Assembly: GCA_048886685.1 (NCBI GenBank)
Contig: JBHLKM010000010.1
Span: 87,946 to 151,945, forward strand
Reading direction: 5' to 3'
DNA: 64,000 nt
DNA from: Candidatus Hodarchaeota archaeon
Lineage (GTDB): Archaea; Asgardarchaeota; Lokiarchaeia; Sigyniarchaeales; SOKP01
Part shown: positions 20,403-30,026 of the stretch, one piece after another
How the letters are laid out: every line of letters begins with the position of its first letter
Position numbering within the stretch: position 1 is the stretch's first letter
The notes under the pieces: model-generated
What the model was told of the DNA's origin: nothing
What the model saw: only the letters and a program-made list of their open reading frames with translations
Database searches by the model: none
Made by a program: the position numbers and the translations under genes

Positions 20403-22148
20403 ATGTCAAATCAAGAGGGAGATCGTAATAATCAATATAATTTTGATGATTTTTTGTTAGTTAGAGATAATTTTAACTATTACTCTGATGATAAGTTTTT
20501 TCAAGAATTAGTTAGAAAATATACTGGAGATGAGTTTGAACAAATTGATCGGGAGCTTAGAGCACTCTCGGATTATGTTTCATTTAGATTCAAAAATCTA
20601 GCCGAAAAAGCAAATGAGTTAGAAAATCGAATAAAAGTTACAAAACTAAAACACTACGATGCTCATAATCATAGGATTGATAGAATAGAACGTTGTTTGG
20701 AGACTGAAACATTAGAACAAGAAATTTTTAGTCTCGGTCTTTTTGATCCTATAAGAAATAGTCCTTGGAGTAGATTTGTTAAAATGTTTGTGCTATATGA
20801 GAATGGAGAGGCTGGTGTTATGTGCCCCGTGGCGTGTTCGCATGGAGCTGTTGAGCTTATGCAGAAGTTTAAGGATATTTTGGGTCCTGAAGCGAAAAAA
20901 ATTCTTGAACATATGAGAGATGGAAAAAATGGAGAATACGCTAGGGGAGCGCAATTTGTAACCGAAATACAAGGTGGAAGCGATATTCCTTCCAATCTTG
21001 TAGAAGCAGTTTTTGAAACTGAAGAGGGTGCAGATGGAATTTCAAATTGTTGGAGGTTATATGGGCAAAAATTTTTCTGTTCAGCAACTCATGCTGACTA
21101 TGCTATTGTTACAGCAAAACCAAAAGGTGTGGAATCTTCTACTAAAGTCGCGGCCTTTGTTGTACCTTCCTGGCTTCCTGGAAATAAAGAGAAAGAAATA
21201 AGAAACTCATATACTATTGATAGGTTAAAACAAAAGTTGGGAACTGCAGAGTTACCTACCGCAGAAATCACCTATAACGGAGCAGTAGCATATCCTGTAG
21301 GTCCTCTTGAAAAGGGTCTCGCTAATGTTGTTGGTATAGTCCTTTCACTTTCTAGACTTCATGTGGCTGTTGGAATGGCTGCTGGTGCTTTAAGGGTAGC
21401 AAGGGAAGCAATATTATATTCACAATTTAGAAGTGCTTTTGGAGTTCCAATTTCTTCATTTCCATTAATGATTAACCAAATAAAAGATTTAGAACATTAT
21501 TCTAAGAGAAGCGCTGCTGGAGCATTTAAAGTCTATTCAGAATATATTCATTTTGGAGAAGAATTGATTAGTGGTATAAGAGAATTGGAAAAAATAGATA
21601 ATATCGAAGAACGTAAACGCCGTTTCAGATTACGTGAATTAGTAATGCTGCAAAAAATCGTAGTTGCTGATGAAGCTCCAGCGATGATACGTAAAGCAAT
21701 TTCATTTTTTGGGGGTCATGGTATTATGGAAGATTTCTTATCTTTTCCACGATTACATCGTGATTCTATGATCATGGAATTATGGGAGGGGCCCAGGAAC
21801 GTTCTTCTAGCTCAGATTCATCGAGATCTCTCGAGAGTAAAAGAATGGTATCCTTTAGAAGACTTTTGTAGAGATTTACTAAAGGGAACTGATTCTGATA
21901 ATATGGAAAAATATATATCAGAATTCACGAGAATAATGTCTCATGAAAGTCTTCTTACAAATGATCAAAAAACATTAGCAATCTGTCGTGATTGGGAAGG
22001 ATTTTCGAATAAGCTATTTATTGCATATCAAGAACAAGCTCTTAGAGAACTTAATTATAAGGGTGAACCATTGAAATTTTCAAAATTATTACGTGAATTT
22101 AAAAAAAAGAAGAACCAAGAACTTCAAGTAGAAATGGTAGTTCAATAA
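20403..22148 (+). CDS. Acyl-CoA dehydrogenase (AidB-like)
   Basis: TEIQGGSD, GQKFFCSA, RLKQKLGT, GGHGIMED, LWEGPRN. Confidence 0.9.
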   Translation: MSNQEGDRNNQYNFDDFLLVRDNFNYYSDDKFFQELVRKYTGDEFEQIDRELRALSDYVSFRFKNLAEKANELENRIKVTKLKHYDAHNHRIDRIERCLETETLEQEIFSLGLFDPIRNSPWSRFVKMFVLYENGEAGVMCPVACSHGAVELMQKFKDILGPEAKKILEHMRDGKNGEYARGAQFVTEIQGGSDIPSNLVEAVFETEEGADGISNCWRLYGQKFFCSATHADYAIVTAKPKGVESSTKVAAFVVPSWLPGNKEKEIRNSYTIDRLKQKLGTAELPTAEITYNGAVAYPVGPLEKGLANVVGIVLSLSRLHVAVGMAAGALRVAREAILYSQFRSAFGVPISSFPLMINQIKDLEHYSKRSAAGAFKVYSEYIHFGEELISGIRELEKIDNIEERKRRFRLRELVMLQKIVVADEAPAMIRKAISFFGGHGIMEDFLSFPRLHRDSMIMELWEGPRNVLLAQIHRDLSRVKEWYPLEDFCRDLLKGTDSDNMEKYISEFTRIMSHESLLTNDQKTLAICRDWEGFSNKLFIAYQEQALRELNYKGEPLKFSKLLREFKKKKNQELQVEMVVQ

Positions 22149-22158
22149 AATTTATTAA

Positions 22159-23451
22159 TTAAATGAGAGTGGATTTTTTTATAATTTTACCACTTGAATC
22201 TTGATAGTAGAGCGAATTGGGTGCTACATCTTCATTAACTAGAGTGTGTGCTCCGATAATAGAATTTTCACCTACCTTTTTTCCACACATGATACTTGCA
22301 TTGATGCCTGTTTGAGAATTTGGTCCTAAAATTGCGCCTAACTTTCTTAGTTTTGAATCAATTAATTTTCCATTTATATTCATCTTTATATTCTGATTAT
22401 CAAAACGGAGGTTGGACAATTTTGTACCAGCGCCAAGATTAACATTTTCACATATAATTGAATCTCCTACGTAATTAAAGTGTGGAATAGCTGAATTTGA
22501 AAAGACTAAAGAATTTTTTACTTCACTCATTCCAACATGACAACTATCATTAATAGATGTGTACGGTCGAATAAATGCATTCGGTCCAATTAAACAATTT
22601 TCACCAATATAGCAAGGTCCCTCGATATAAGATCCCGATTTGATAATTGAATTTTTTCCAATATAAACATTCCCAGAAATAGTAACATTTTCTTCAATCG
22701 TACCTAAAATTTGGGCTTCTAACTTTTTTAGTAGATAATTGTTTACTTCGAATATTTGCCATGGAAGCCCTAAATCATTCCAATAAAGATTTCTGATGAT
22801 ATAACCCTTGATTTTTCCACCTAATTCCCTAATTAAGATCTCCATGGAATCTGTAAACTCATATTCATTTCTAATAGATTTTTTTGTTCTTTCAATTGCT
22901 TCAAATATCAAAGAATTAAAGATATAGATTCCTGCATTTGCCAAATTTCCTAATTTCAAATTTGAAGAAGGTTTTTCAGTAATTTGTTCTACAAAACCGT
23001 CTCTATTTAAAGAAATAATTCCATAATTTTGAGGGTTATCAACTTCTAATATGGTTAATAAACCCTCAATTTTCTTTTTATTATATTCATTTAATATATT
23101 TTTAAAGATATCTGATTCTATATATAAATCTCCATACAACATTAGAAATGGTTCATCATCAATAGAATCTCTTACCTGATTTGCCGCGTGTGCTGTTCCT
23201 AGATACTCTTTTTGAGTGATATATTCAATTTTTACATCTAATTCGGTGATATTGTTATTAAAATGGTTCCGGATCACATCTTCTTTATAACCAATAATTA
23301 ATATGATATGGTCTATCCCAGCTTCTTTTAAACCTATAATTGTATGCTCCAACAGAGGCTTGCCAATGAGAGGAATCATAGGTTTTGGTTGTGAAGATGT
23401 TATAGGTCGTAACCTCTTTCCCTCACCTGCAGCTAATATGACAGCTTTCAT
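22159..23451 (-). CDS. glmU: Bifunctional sugar-1-phosphate nucleotidylyltransferase/acetyltransferase (archaeal GlmU-type)
   Basis: LAAGEGKRLRP, hexapeptide repeats, HFNYVGDS, NLRFD. Confidence 0.88.
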   Translation of the reverse strand: MKAVILAAGEGKRLRPITSSQPKPMIPLIGKPLLEHTIIGLKEAGIDHIILIIGYKEDVIRNHFNNNITELDVKIEYITQKEYLGTAHAANQVRDSIDDEPFLMLYGDLYIESDIFKNILNEYNKKKIEGLLTILEVDNPQNYGIISLNRDGFVEQITEKPSSNLKLGNLANAGIYIFNSLIFEAIERTKKSIRNEYEFTDSMEILIRELGGKIKGYIIRNLYWNDLGLPWQIFEVNNYLLKKLEAQILGTIEENVTISGNVYIGKNSIIKSGSYIEGPCYIGENCLIGPNAFIRPYTSINDSCHVGMSEVKNSLVFSNSAIPHFNYVGDSIICENVNLGAGTKLSNLRFDNQNIKMNINGKLIDSKLRKLGAILGPNSQTGINASIMCGKKVGENSIIGAHTLVNEDVAPNSLYYQDSSGKIIKKSTLI

Positions 23452-23478
23452 AAGTAAAATTAGATATTTTTTTATAAT

Positions 23479-24372
23479 TTACTTATCAAATTGATTAACA
23501 ACTTCATCAAGATGTTGCTTTAAGTGTTTAAAGGGTTTTAAATCCCCAGCAAATTCCTGGGTAAAAATGGTATCTAGTGCCATTTTAGATTTAAATTGTT
23601 TAAAAATATCCTTGATTTTATAGAAATTCCCAGAAGCAACAAAATCTAATGAATAGCCATTAATATTATCAAATAATATAATCATTTTGTTTTTGATATC
23701 TTCAGTATCAATGAGATGAATTTCTTTTATTCTTGTTTTTGCTCGGATTTGAGTATTCATTGAAATAGTTTCTAATTTTGCAGAAAGATCTGATGTGAAT
23801 AGTTCAATATTTTCATTGGTTTTTTCCTGTGTTAAATTCATTAGTAAATTTGTGTCATAAAGTTGAGATATAATAGGTAATCCCTGTGATGATATTCCTG
23901 CATAAAGGATTGAATTTTTATAATCATTCTCATTCTCGTCAAAAATTATCTCCTCTTCTAATGGTTCTGTATACTTTTCTTTCAAGTAGGTTGTAATTAA
24001 AGAGATTATCTCTTTGAATGTAGATTCTTCGGAAGCACTTTTTAATTCAGCTAGATTTTTATAGTGGAGATTGACTTGTTTACTAAATTCATTCACAGTA
24101 TTAGAAGATTCCTCAGAACCTACATTAAAATTACCAATAATACAAAAAAACAAGTTCTGCTGTTTCTTTGTAACTATATGCTTTACTATTATTCTTTCTT
24201 GTCCTATTTTATGATCCTTATAACAGATTTTTTTCAATCGCCAAGTATTTCTAGGATTGATACTACGCAATAATTTTTCTAAAAAAAGAATTATCTCAAA
24301 TGAATTATACTTTTTACTATCTGAACAATATAAAACATCTTCTTCTAATATAATTGCAAAGCCAGTGATCAT
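23479..24372 (-). CDS. Hypothetical protein, probable tandem longin/roadblock-like domains
   Basis: Two repeats of beta-beta-alpha-beta-beta-beta-alpha; the second begins ILYAGISSQGLPIIS. Confidence 0.5.
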   Translation of the reverse strand: MITGFAIILEEDVLYCSDSKKYNSFEIILFLEKLLRSINPRNTWRLKKICYKDHKIGQERIIVKHIVTKKQQNLFFCIIGNFNVGSEESSNTVNEFSKQVNLHYKNLAELKSASEESTFKEIISLITTYLKEKYTEPLEEEIIFDENENDYKNSILYAGISSQGLPIISQLYDTNLLMNLTQEKTNENIELFTSDLSAKLETISMNTQIRAKTRIKEIHLIDTEDIKNKMIILFDNINGYSLDFVASGNFYKIKDIFKQFKSKMALDTIFTQEFAGDLKPFKHLKQHLDEVVNQFDK

Positions 24373-24563
24373 AGAAAAAACTCTAAGAATGTTTGAAAAG
24401 ATAATTAATGAGCTCTTATATGGTTACTAACTTTTAAGAAATATATTTTTTTTTAAATTAATTAAATCTCAGAATTAAAATTTTTCCAAAATCATAGCTA
24501 TAAATTTATTAGCGATACAACTCTTAAGAAATTAATAATTGACGGAGTAATATTTTTATCCAT

Positions 24564-25370
24564 ATGAAACCACTGGAACTATCTGAAAGAGAAAAAGTTA
24601 AGAAAGCCGCGGAGTTACTTGCAAATTCTAAAAATTCTATAGTATTAACTGGAGCAGGAATTTCGACAGAATCTGGTATTCCTGACTTTAGAGGAGAAGG
24701 TGGAATTTGGGATAAATACAAACCTGAAATTTATGGTAATATAGAATCTTTTCTAAAAGATCCTTCAAAATTTTGGAAAATGGCAGAAGATATAGCTCCC
24801 ACTCTTTTTGATGCTAAACCAAATCCTGGTCATTTTGCTTTAGCTGAACTTGAAAAATTGAAAATAATAAAAGCGATTATCACTCAGAATGTGGATGAGT
24901 TACATCAAAAAGCTGGTGCAGTTATTGTTTATGAAGTTCATGGAAATATTAACAGATTTACTTGTTTTGGATGTGGTGCAAGTTATAATAAAGAACAGGT
25001 TTTAAAAAAGTTAAAAAGGGGAAAAAAATCAACACCTCTTTGTGATTATTGTGGAGCGCCATTGAAACCTTCTGTAGTCTTATTTGGAGAGGATCTCCCT
25101 AAATTTGAAAAATATATGTCTATTGATTTGGCAAAGAAAGCTGATGTAATGTTAATTGCGGGATCTTCCTTAACTGTGGCTCCAATATGTGACTTACCTG
25201 TATATACTCTAAGTGGAGGTGGTAAATTAATAATTGCGAATGACCAACCTACTCATTTGGATGATGCAGCAGAAATATTATTCAAAAATAAAACAGGTAT
25301 AATATTACCGTTAATTGTTGAAGAAATAAAAAAGATTAAAATAGAACACGAATCTGAATTTAACAGATAG
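24564..25370 (+). CDS. cobB: NAD-dependent protein deacylase (Sir2 family)
   Basis: TGAGISTESGIPDFRG, TQNVDELH, HG, CxxC/CxxC, GSSL. Confidence 0.95.
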   Translation: MKPLELSEREKVKKAAELLANSKNSIVLTGAGISTESGIPDFRGEGGIWDKYKPEIYGNIESFLKDPSKFWKMAEDIAPTLFDAKPNPGHFALAELEKLKIIKAIITQNVDELHQKAGAVIVYEVHGNINRFTCFGCGASYNKEQVLKKLKRGKKSTPLCDYCGAPLKPSVVLFGEDLPKFEKYMSIDLAKKADVMLIAGSSLTVAPICDLPVYTLSGGGKLIIANDQPTHLDDAAEILFKNKTGIILPLIVEEIKKIKIEHESEFNR

Positions 25371-26954
25371 ATGTATAATGAAAATTTAATTGTTAAAGAT
25401 TGGAGAGTAATAGATTTTTCTTTTGGGTTGATATACCCTAATGTGTATAAGATAGGGATGTCATCATATTCTATTAGGTTGCTTTATGATTTAATTAATT
25501 CTTATGATAATATCGCTTGTGAACGTATATTTTTACCTGATAATATTAAATTTCCGGCATCATGTGATTATTCTTCAGAAAATTTTGTAAGATCAATAGA
25601 AAATAAAGTATTGCCAAGGGATTTTGATATCTTAGGCTTTTCACTACATTTTGAAAATGATTTTAGGAATATTTTATGGATTTTAGAAAAGGCGAATATT
25701 CCCATTACATTTCAAAAAAGACAAGAATTAATAAGAAATGAGAATTTTAATTTTCCTCTAATCATTGGAGGAGGTCCTGTAGTTACATCTAATCCTACCT
25801 CTTTAAGCAAAATATTTGATATTCTCTTTATTGGTGATGCAGAGCCAAATTTAGATATGTTTTTTAAATTATTCCAAGATTACAAAGACCAAAGAATATC
25901 TTATTCAAAATTTCTAAATGATTTAAAAATAATAGAAGGTATATACATCCCATCATTAAATAATAAAGCAAAAAGAGCTGTTCTTAAGAATTTAGATAAC
26001 TCTCCTATCCCAATTAACCAATTAATGGTGAAATTATCTAAATATGAGTCTATTTTTGAAAGAAACTTTTTTATTGAAACAAATCGAGGTTGTCCTTATC
26101 AATGTAAGTTTTGTATATCATCCTTTCATAATTCTCCCTTTAGAAATAGAAGCTATGAAAATATAATTACTGTAATTGATAACGCCCTAGAGATTTTAGA
26201 TTTTGATACATTTAGCCTAATAGGATCTTGTGTTTCATCTCATCCAAAATTCCAACAAATTTGTGAATATATAATCAGTAGGGGAAAAAGATTAACTCTA
26301 CCTTCATTGCGTATTGAGCACCTTACTCCAGAAATAATTCAAATTCTTGAATCAGGAGGTATAAAGACTATTACAGTTGCTCCTGAGGCAGGATCAGAGA
26401 GTCTAAGATATGCATTAGGAAAAATGATATCAAATGATAAAATAATTTCGGTTTTATCTCAAATAAAGGATTCAGAGATTAGAAATGTTAAGTTCTACTT
26501 TTTAATTGGTTTACCTAATGAAAATGAAAAAGATATAGAGGAAATAATTGATTTATTAAAATCTATTGATAAACTAGGTTTTAAAAGTAACTCGCTAAGA
26601 GTAAATATAAACCCTCTTATCCCAAAATTAAATACTCCTTATGAAAAAAAAATTAATTTTTACTTTGATAAAGAATTAAACAAACTGATTCTAAAATATC
26701 AGAAAATTGAAAAAGAACTAAAAAAATTACACTCAATCAAAATAAAATTCATGAAATATAAGACAATAGTGAAAAACGCGCGTCTTCAAACATTAATCTC
26801 TTTAGGAGATAATAAAGTCTCAGATGTTCTTATAAATTATTATCAAAATGGTGCAAATTTTGGAGCTTTAAAAAAAGCAGAGAAAAATCTCCACTTTTTG
26901 ATGGATAATTATCTATTAAAAATTAAAGAATGTTATAGTCCTTGGAAAATATAA
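25371..26954 (+). CDS. B12-binding-like radical SAM protein
   Basis: YPNVYKIGMS, IGGGP, RGCPYQCKFC, APEAGSE; ATG directly abuts the sirtuin stop. Confidence 0.87.
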   Translation: MYNENLIVKDWRVIDFSFGLIYPNVYKIGMSSYSIRLLYDLINSYDNIACERIFLPDNIKFPASCDYSSENFVRSIENKVLPRDFDILGFSLHFENDFRNILWILEKANIPITFQKRQELIRNENFNFPLIIGGGPVVTSNPTSLSKIFDILFIGDAEPNLDMFFKLFQDYKDQRISYSKFLNDLKIIEGIYIPSLNNKAKRAVLKNLDNSPIPINQLMVKLSKYESIFERNFFIETNRGCPYQCKFCISSFHNSPFRNRSYENIITVIDNALEILDFDTFSLIGSCVSSHPKFQQICEYIISRGKRLTLPSLRIEHLTPEIIQILESGGIKTITVAPEAGSESLRYALGKMISNDKIISVLSQIKDSEIRNVKFYFLIGLPNENEKDIEEIIDLLKSIDKLGFKSNSLRVNINPLIPKLNTPYEKKINFYFDKELNKLILKYQKIEKELKKLHSIKIKFMKYKTIVKNARLQTLISLGDNKVSDVLINYYQNGANFGALKKAEKNLHFLMDNYLLKIKECYSPWKI

Positions 26955-26976
26955 AATAAATAAAAAAAAAGAATTC

Positions 26977-27480
26977 TTAATCAATTTTTTTGAACATTTT
27001 TCTTACTGTCCCACAAACAGGACATTTTTCTGGCGGTTCTTCTTCATGAGTGTAACCGCATACTGGACATATGTAAATATCTTGCTTTTCTAAATCCTTA
27101 CCTTTTTCAACTGCTTCTAAAGCAATTTCGTAGAGTTTATGATGAATTTTTTCGACTTCATTAGCATAGTTAAAGGTTCTTTCAGCACCTTTATTATCTT
27201 CAGCTTTAGCATCTTCAATGAATTCAGGGTACATTTTTGTAAATTCATGATGCTCTCCCTCTACGGCTGCTTGAATATTTTCTTTAGTTGATTTTATACC
27301 TCCAAGTTCTCTGAGATGGTTATGAGCATGAACCGTTTCAGCAGCAGCAGCAGCTCTAAAAAGCTTTGCTACTTGTGGAAATCCATCTTTATCTGCCTTC
27401 TCAGCAAAAGCCAAATATTTACGATTTGCTTGCGATTCACCTGCAAATGCAGCTTTTAGATTTTCTTCTGATCTAGTCAT
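26977..27480 (-). CDS. rbr: Rubrerythrin
   Basis: AFAGESQANRKY, ETVHA, EKIH, C-terminal CPVCG...CPVCG. Confidence 0.95.
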   Translation of the reverse strand: MTRSEENLKAAFAGESQANRKYLAFAEKADKDGFPQVAKLFRAAAAAETVHAHNHLRELGGIKSTKENIQAAVEGEHHEFTKMYPEFIEDAKAEDNKGAERTFNYANEVEKIHHKLYEIALEAVEKGKDLEKQDIYICPVCGYTHEEEPPEKCPVCGTVRKMFKKID

Positions 27481-27634
27481 ATTTTTTTCACATTGAAGAA
27501 ATTTTATTTTAAGATTATATTAAGAGATTTTTTAATTTGGGTTTTATAATTAATAAATTAAATTCTAATATTGTGGAATTCTCTTCTAAAATTAATAGTG
27601 CCAAATTTAAAAATATAAAGATAAAATCTAAAGC

Positions 27635-27967
27635 TTAATTTGATATTACAATTTTTATTTTGTTCACAACCTTATTTAAGTAATGTTCGGCTAAGCCAAA
27701 TTTTACATTTAAACTAAATATTAATATAATAAAATAAGTATCAAGCACATAATCAGAAAAAATAAATTTCTTATCTCTAAAAGTGAGGAACAATTTTAGA
27801 ATTGAATTATTATGAATTTTAACGCGGCAATCGACCTCCTTTAAAAACTTTTTCAAATCTAACTTGTCATAAGAAGAAAAAATTACATGTTCTCTGTCAG
27901 TTAGAAGAACTAATCCCTCTATATCGTCTATTGAAGTTAAATCCTTTAAACAGGCAATAATTATTAA
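27635..27967 (-). CDS. Roadblock/LC7 (MglB-like) domain protein; start unresolved, possibly a pseudogene
   Basis: The frame is open to 27967: LIIIACLKDLTSIDDIEGLVLLTDREHVIFSSY...FIILIFSLNVKFGLAEHYLNKVVNKIK. An in-frame TAA lies at 27968-27970. Confidence 0.65.
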   Translation of the reverse strand, partial: LIIIACLKDLTSIDDIEGLVLLTDREHVIFSSYDKLDLKKFLKEVDCRVKIHNNSILKLFLTFRDKKFIFSDYVLDTYFIILIFSLNVKFGLAEHYLNKVVNKIKIVISN

Positions 27968-28291
27968 TTAATTTTTTCTTAATTTAGATCTCAAATTATT
28001 CAATTAATTTTCTATTTAGAGAAATAGATTTCATTAAAATAACGCTTGTGTAAAAGTTAATTCCAATATTTCCGATTTGTAAATAAATATTTCTTAGTAA
28101 TTTTTGGATTAAATGTGAGTTACGTCCCAATTTTTATATATTTTTGATATTGCAAAATCTGTATTTAGAGCATTGTTATTCATCGTTTAAGATGATCTGA
28201 CCTTAAAGTTTAAAAATAAGGAAGACGGAATAATATTTAAAATATAAATTTATTTAAAACTCTTTAAAATCATTATAGGAGGAATAAAAAA

Positions 28292-28489
28292 ATGGCTAAA
28301 AAAGCAGCTGTAGAGGCTCTGTTTGTAAAAAGTAAAGTTCGAGAGTACATCAAAGGAAAAGGATGCAATACAAGTGGAGACTTGATTGATGGTCCCGCAC
28401 TTAACAATGCTATTATTGAAATCCTTGACAAAGCTATTGGAAGAGCCAAGGCTAATAATAGGAAAACAGTTCAAGAAAAAGATTTATAG
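28292..28489 (+). CDS. Histone-fold protein with short alpha3 (face-to-face/Bd0055-like type)
   Basis: LFVKSKVREYIK...AIGRAKANNRKTVQEKDL carries the histone RKT-x(4)-D motif and ends right after it; SD AGGAGG. Confidence 0.88.
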   Translation: MAKKAAVEALFVKSKVREYIKGKGCNTSGDLIDGPALNNAIIEILDKAIGRAKANNRKTVQEKDL

Positions 28490-28517
28490 ATTTCTTGCTC
28501 AAAACCTTAAACTAAAG

Positions 28518-28526
28518 TTTTTTTTT
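28518..28526 (+). terminator. Oligo-T terminator of the histone gene
   Basis: T9 run about 30 nt after the stop; archaeal intrinsic termination uses oligo-T. Confidence 0.5.
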
Positions 28527-28643
28527 CATCTTATTTTCTCTCATAAAACTTTATCATTAAATCACTAATTTGATGGTGTATTTAGTTTTAAATTATCAAA
28601 ATTTTATCTTTTAACATAACTACACACACAACCACAATAAATA

Positions 28644-28715
28644 AAGAATAAAAATTCCTCCCCAAATCGCCTTATACCTCGGACTCCTTCTAGAGAATCG
28701 GAATTATTTATTCTT
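28644..28715 (-). other. Long stem-loop in the nikR 3' region (candidate structured RNA)
   Basis: AAGAATAAA/TTTATTCTT, AATTCC/GGAATT, TCTCTAGA/TTTGGGGA (G-U pairs only on the minus strand), tandem GA/GA, GTC/GGC. Confidence 0.5.
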
Positions 28716-28719
28716 ATTT

Positions 28720-29247
28720 TTACTTTTTCTCTGAACCTTGTTTAATTTCTTTATCAATAATAAAAAAACCCACTGAAATTACGCTTTTCAATCTTTGCAG
28801 ACGATCTTTAAGTGTTTTTACTCGATCAAAAGGTCCTGAGACCGCGATAATTTCTAAACATTTACCATATTCCAAATGAACATGCATAGTAGATATGATT
28901 ATATCAAAAAAGTGATGCTGAATATCAATCTTTAATATTTCATCTGTTTGTTGAATATTAGCATACATCGTCCCAGAACTATAATCATGCTCATGATCAG
29001 CAGTGTGAGAAGAATTATGAGAGTGTTCATGTTGTTTAATATCTGGATGTTCATGAGCCATAATAATTGTTATACATCCCACAACGTTTCCAGAACTTAT
29101 AGAAATATTTTCTTCACTGATCATAAAAGAATGCATTGCTTTCCGAATAGCATCTGATCTTGACATCCCTAACTTAAGTCTAAACGCCTCAAATAACTTA
29201 TATAACTTTTCAGGAAGAGAAATTGTAAATCGCTTATATTCCTCCAT
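28720..29247 (-). CDS. nikR: Nickel-responsive regulator NikR with His-rich insertion
   Basis: RFTISLP ribbon-helix-helix, SRSDAIR, IQHHF, STMHVHL, CLEIIAV. Confidence 0.9.
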   Translation of the reverse strand: MEEYKRFTISLPEKLYKLFEAFRLKLGMSRSDAIRKAMHSFMISEENISISSGNVVGCITIIMAHEHPDIKQHEHSHNSSHTADHEHDYSSGTMYANIQQTDEILKIDIQHHFFDIIISTMHVHLEYGKCLEIIAVSGPFDRVKTLKDRLQRLKSVISVGFFIIDKEIKQGSEKK

Positions 29248-29288
29248 TTTAAACAATCGTCATCTTTTTTTAGAAAAAGGATAAAAAT

Positions 29289-30026
29289 TCATTTTTTTAT
29301 AAAAATCGCAATTGGCACGCTAGCTTCTCGCCATTGAGCAATTTTTCCAGAATATTCTAAGTTTAACCTGCTTCTACCATGATCACCGATTATGATCATC
29401 AATGAATTTTTCCTTAGTTGCTTATAATTACTTAAGATCCATTTGTCAGTTCGATTTAATAATTTCTCTATTAAATCTTCTGGAGTTCTTTGCCTTAATT
29501 GCTGTTGCTGCTTATGTAAGTTCTCAAAATCTAGGTAATGCATCCAAGATAGGTCAAAATTATTAATTACTTTTGCTGATTCTACCCAAGTACTCATATC
29601 AGAGTCTTTAGCAATTGATTTAGTTCCTCCATCATAACGGTCTAAATCTTTTTTCCGTCCGATAAAACATGATTTTTTGTCGCTTTCATTTAAATGTTTC
29701 AGAAGGTGGAAACCATTAGGTTCCACATCAAACCCACCATACATTAATTGATGTAAAACTCCTAACGTATAAGGATTTCTTGTGCTTAGCAATAACATCA
29801 ATTCAGCGTTGCTAATCATGAATTTTGGCTTCATATAAGTTATTTCGAAGAGACCTAGGTTATCAATTAGATTTATACTAATACGTTCAACATTTTGATA
29901 AAGATTTAGAACTCCTTGAATTGGTTCAGGAATAGTTTTTTGAGGAGGGTCAACTTTTAATAATTTTAATATTGTTGCTGGTAGTTGGTTCATATAGCAT
30001 TTTAAAGTTTGAAGTTCTGAGCTCAT
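29289..30026 (-). CDS. Alkaline phosphatase/nucleotide pyrophosphatase superfamily protein (divergent)
   Basis: LPATIL, LIDNLG, HYLDFENLH, IIGDHG, VPI. Confidence 0.6.
   Translation of the reverse strand: MSSELQTLKCYMNQLPATILKLLKVDPPQKTIPEPIQGVLNLYQNVERISINLIDNLGLFEITYMKPKFMISNAELMLLLSTRNPYTLGVLHQLMYGGFDVEPNGFHLLKHLNESDKKSCFIGRKKDLDRYDGGTKSIAKDSDMSTWVESAKVINNFDLSWMHYLDFENLHKQQQQLRQRTPEDLIEKLLNRTDKWILSNYKQLRKNSLMIIIGDHGRSRLNLEYSGKIAQWREASVPIAIFIKK

Noticed and set aside
27968-27970. Stop-codon reassignment to explain the in-frame TAA
   Set aside because: TAA terminates most genes in the window at the expected positions.
28655-28663. 9-mer TTCCTCCCC shared with 51685-51693
   Set aside because: Short and SD-like, with no flanking similarity, so not enough to call a repeat family.
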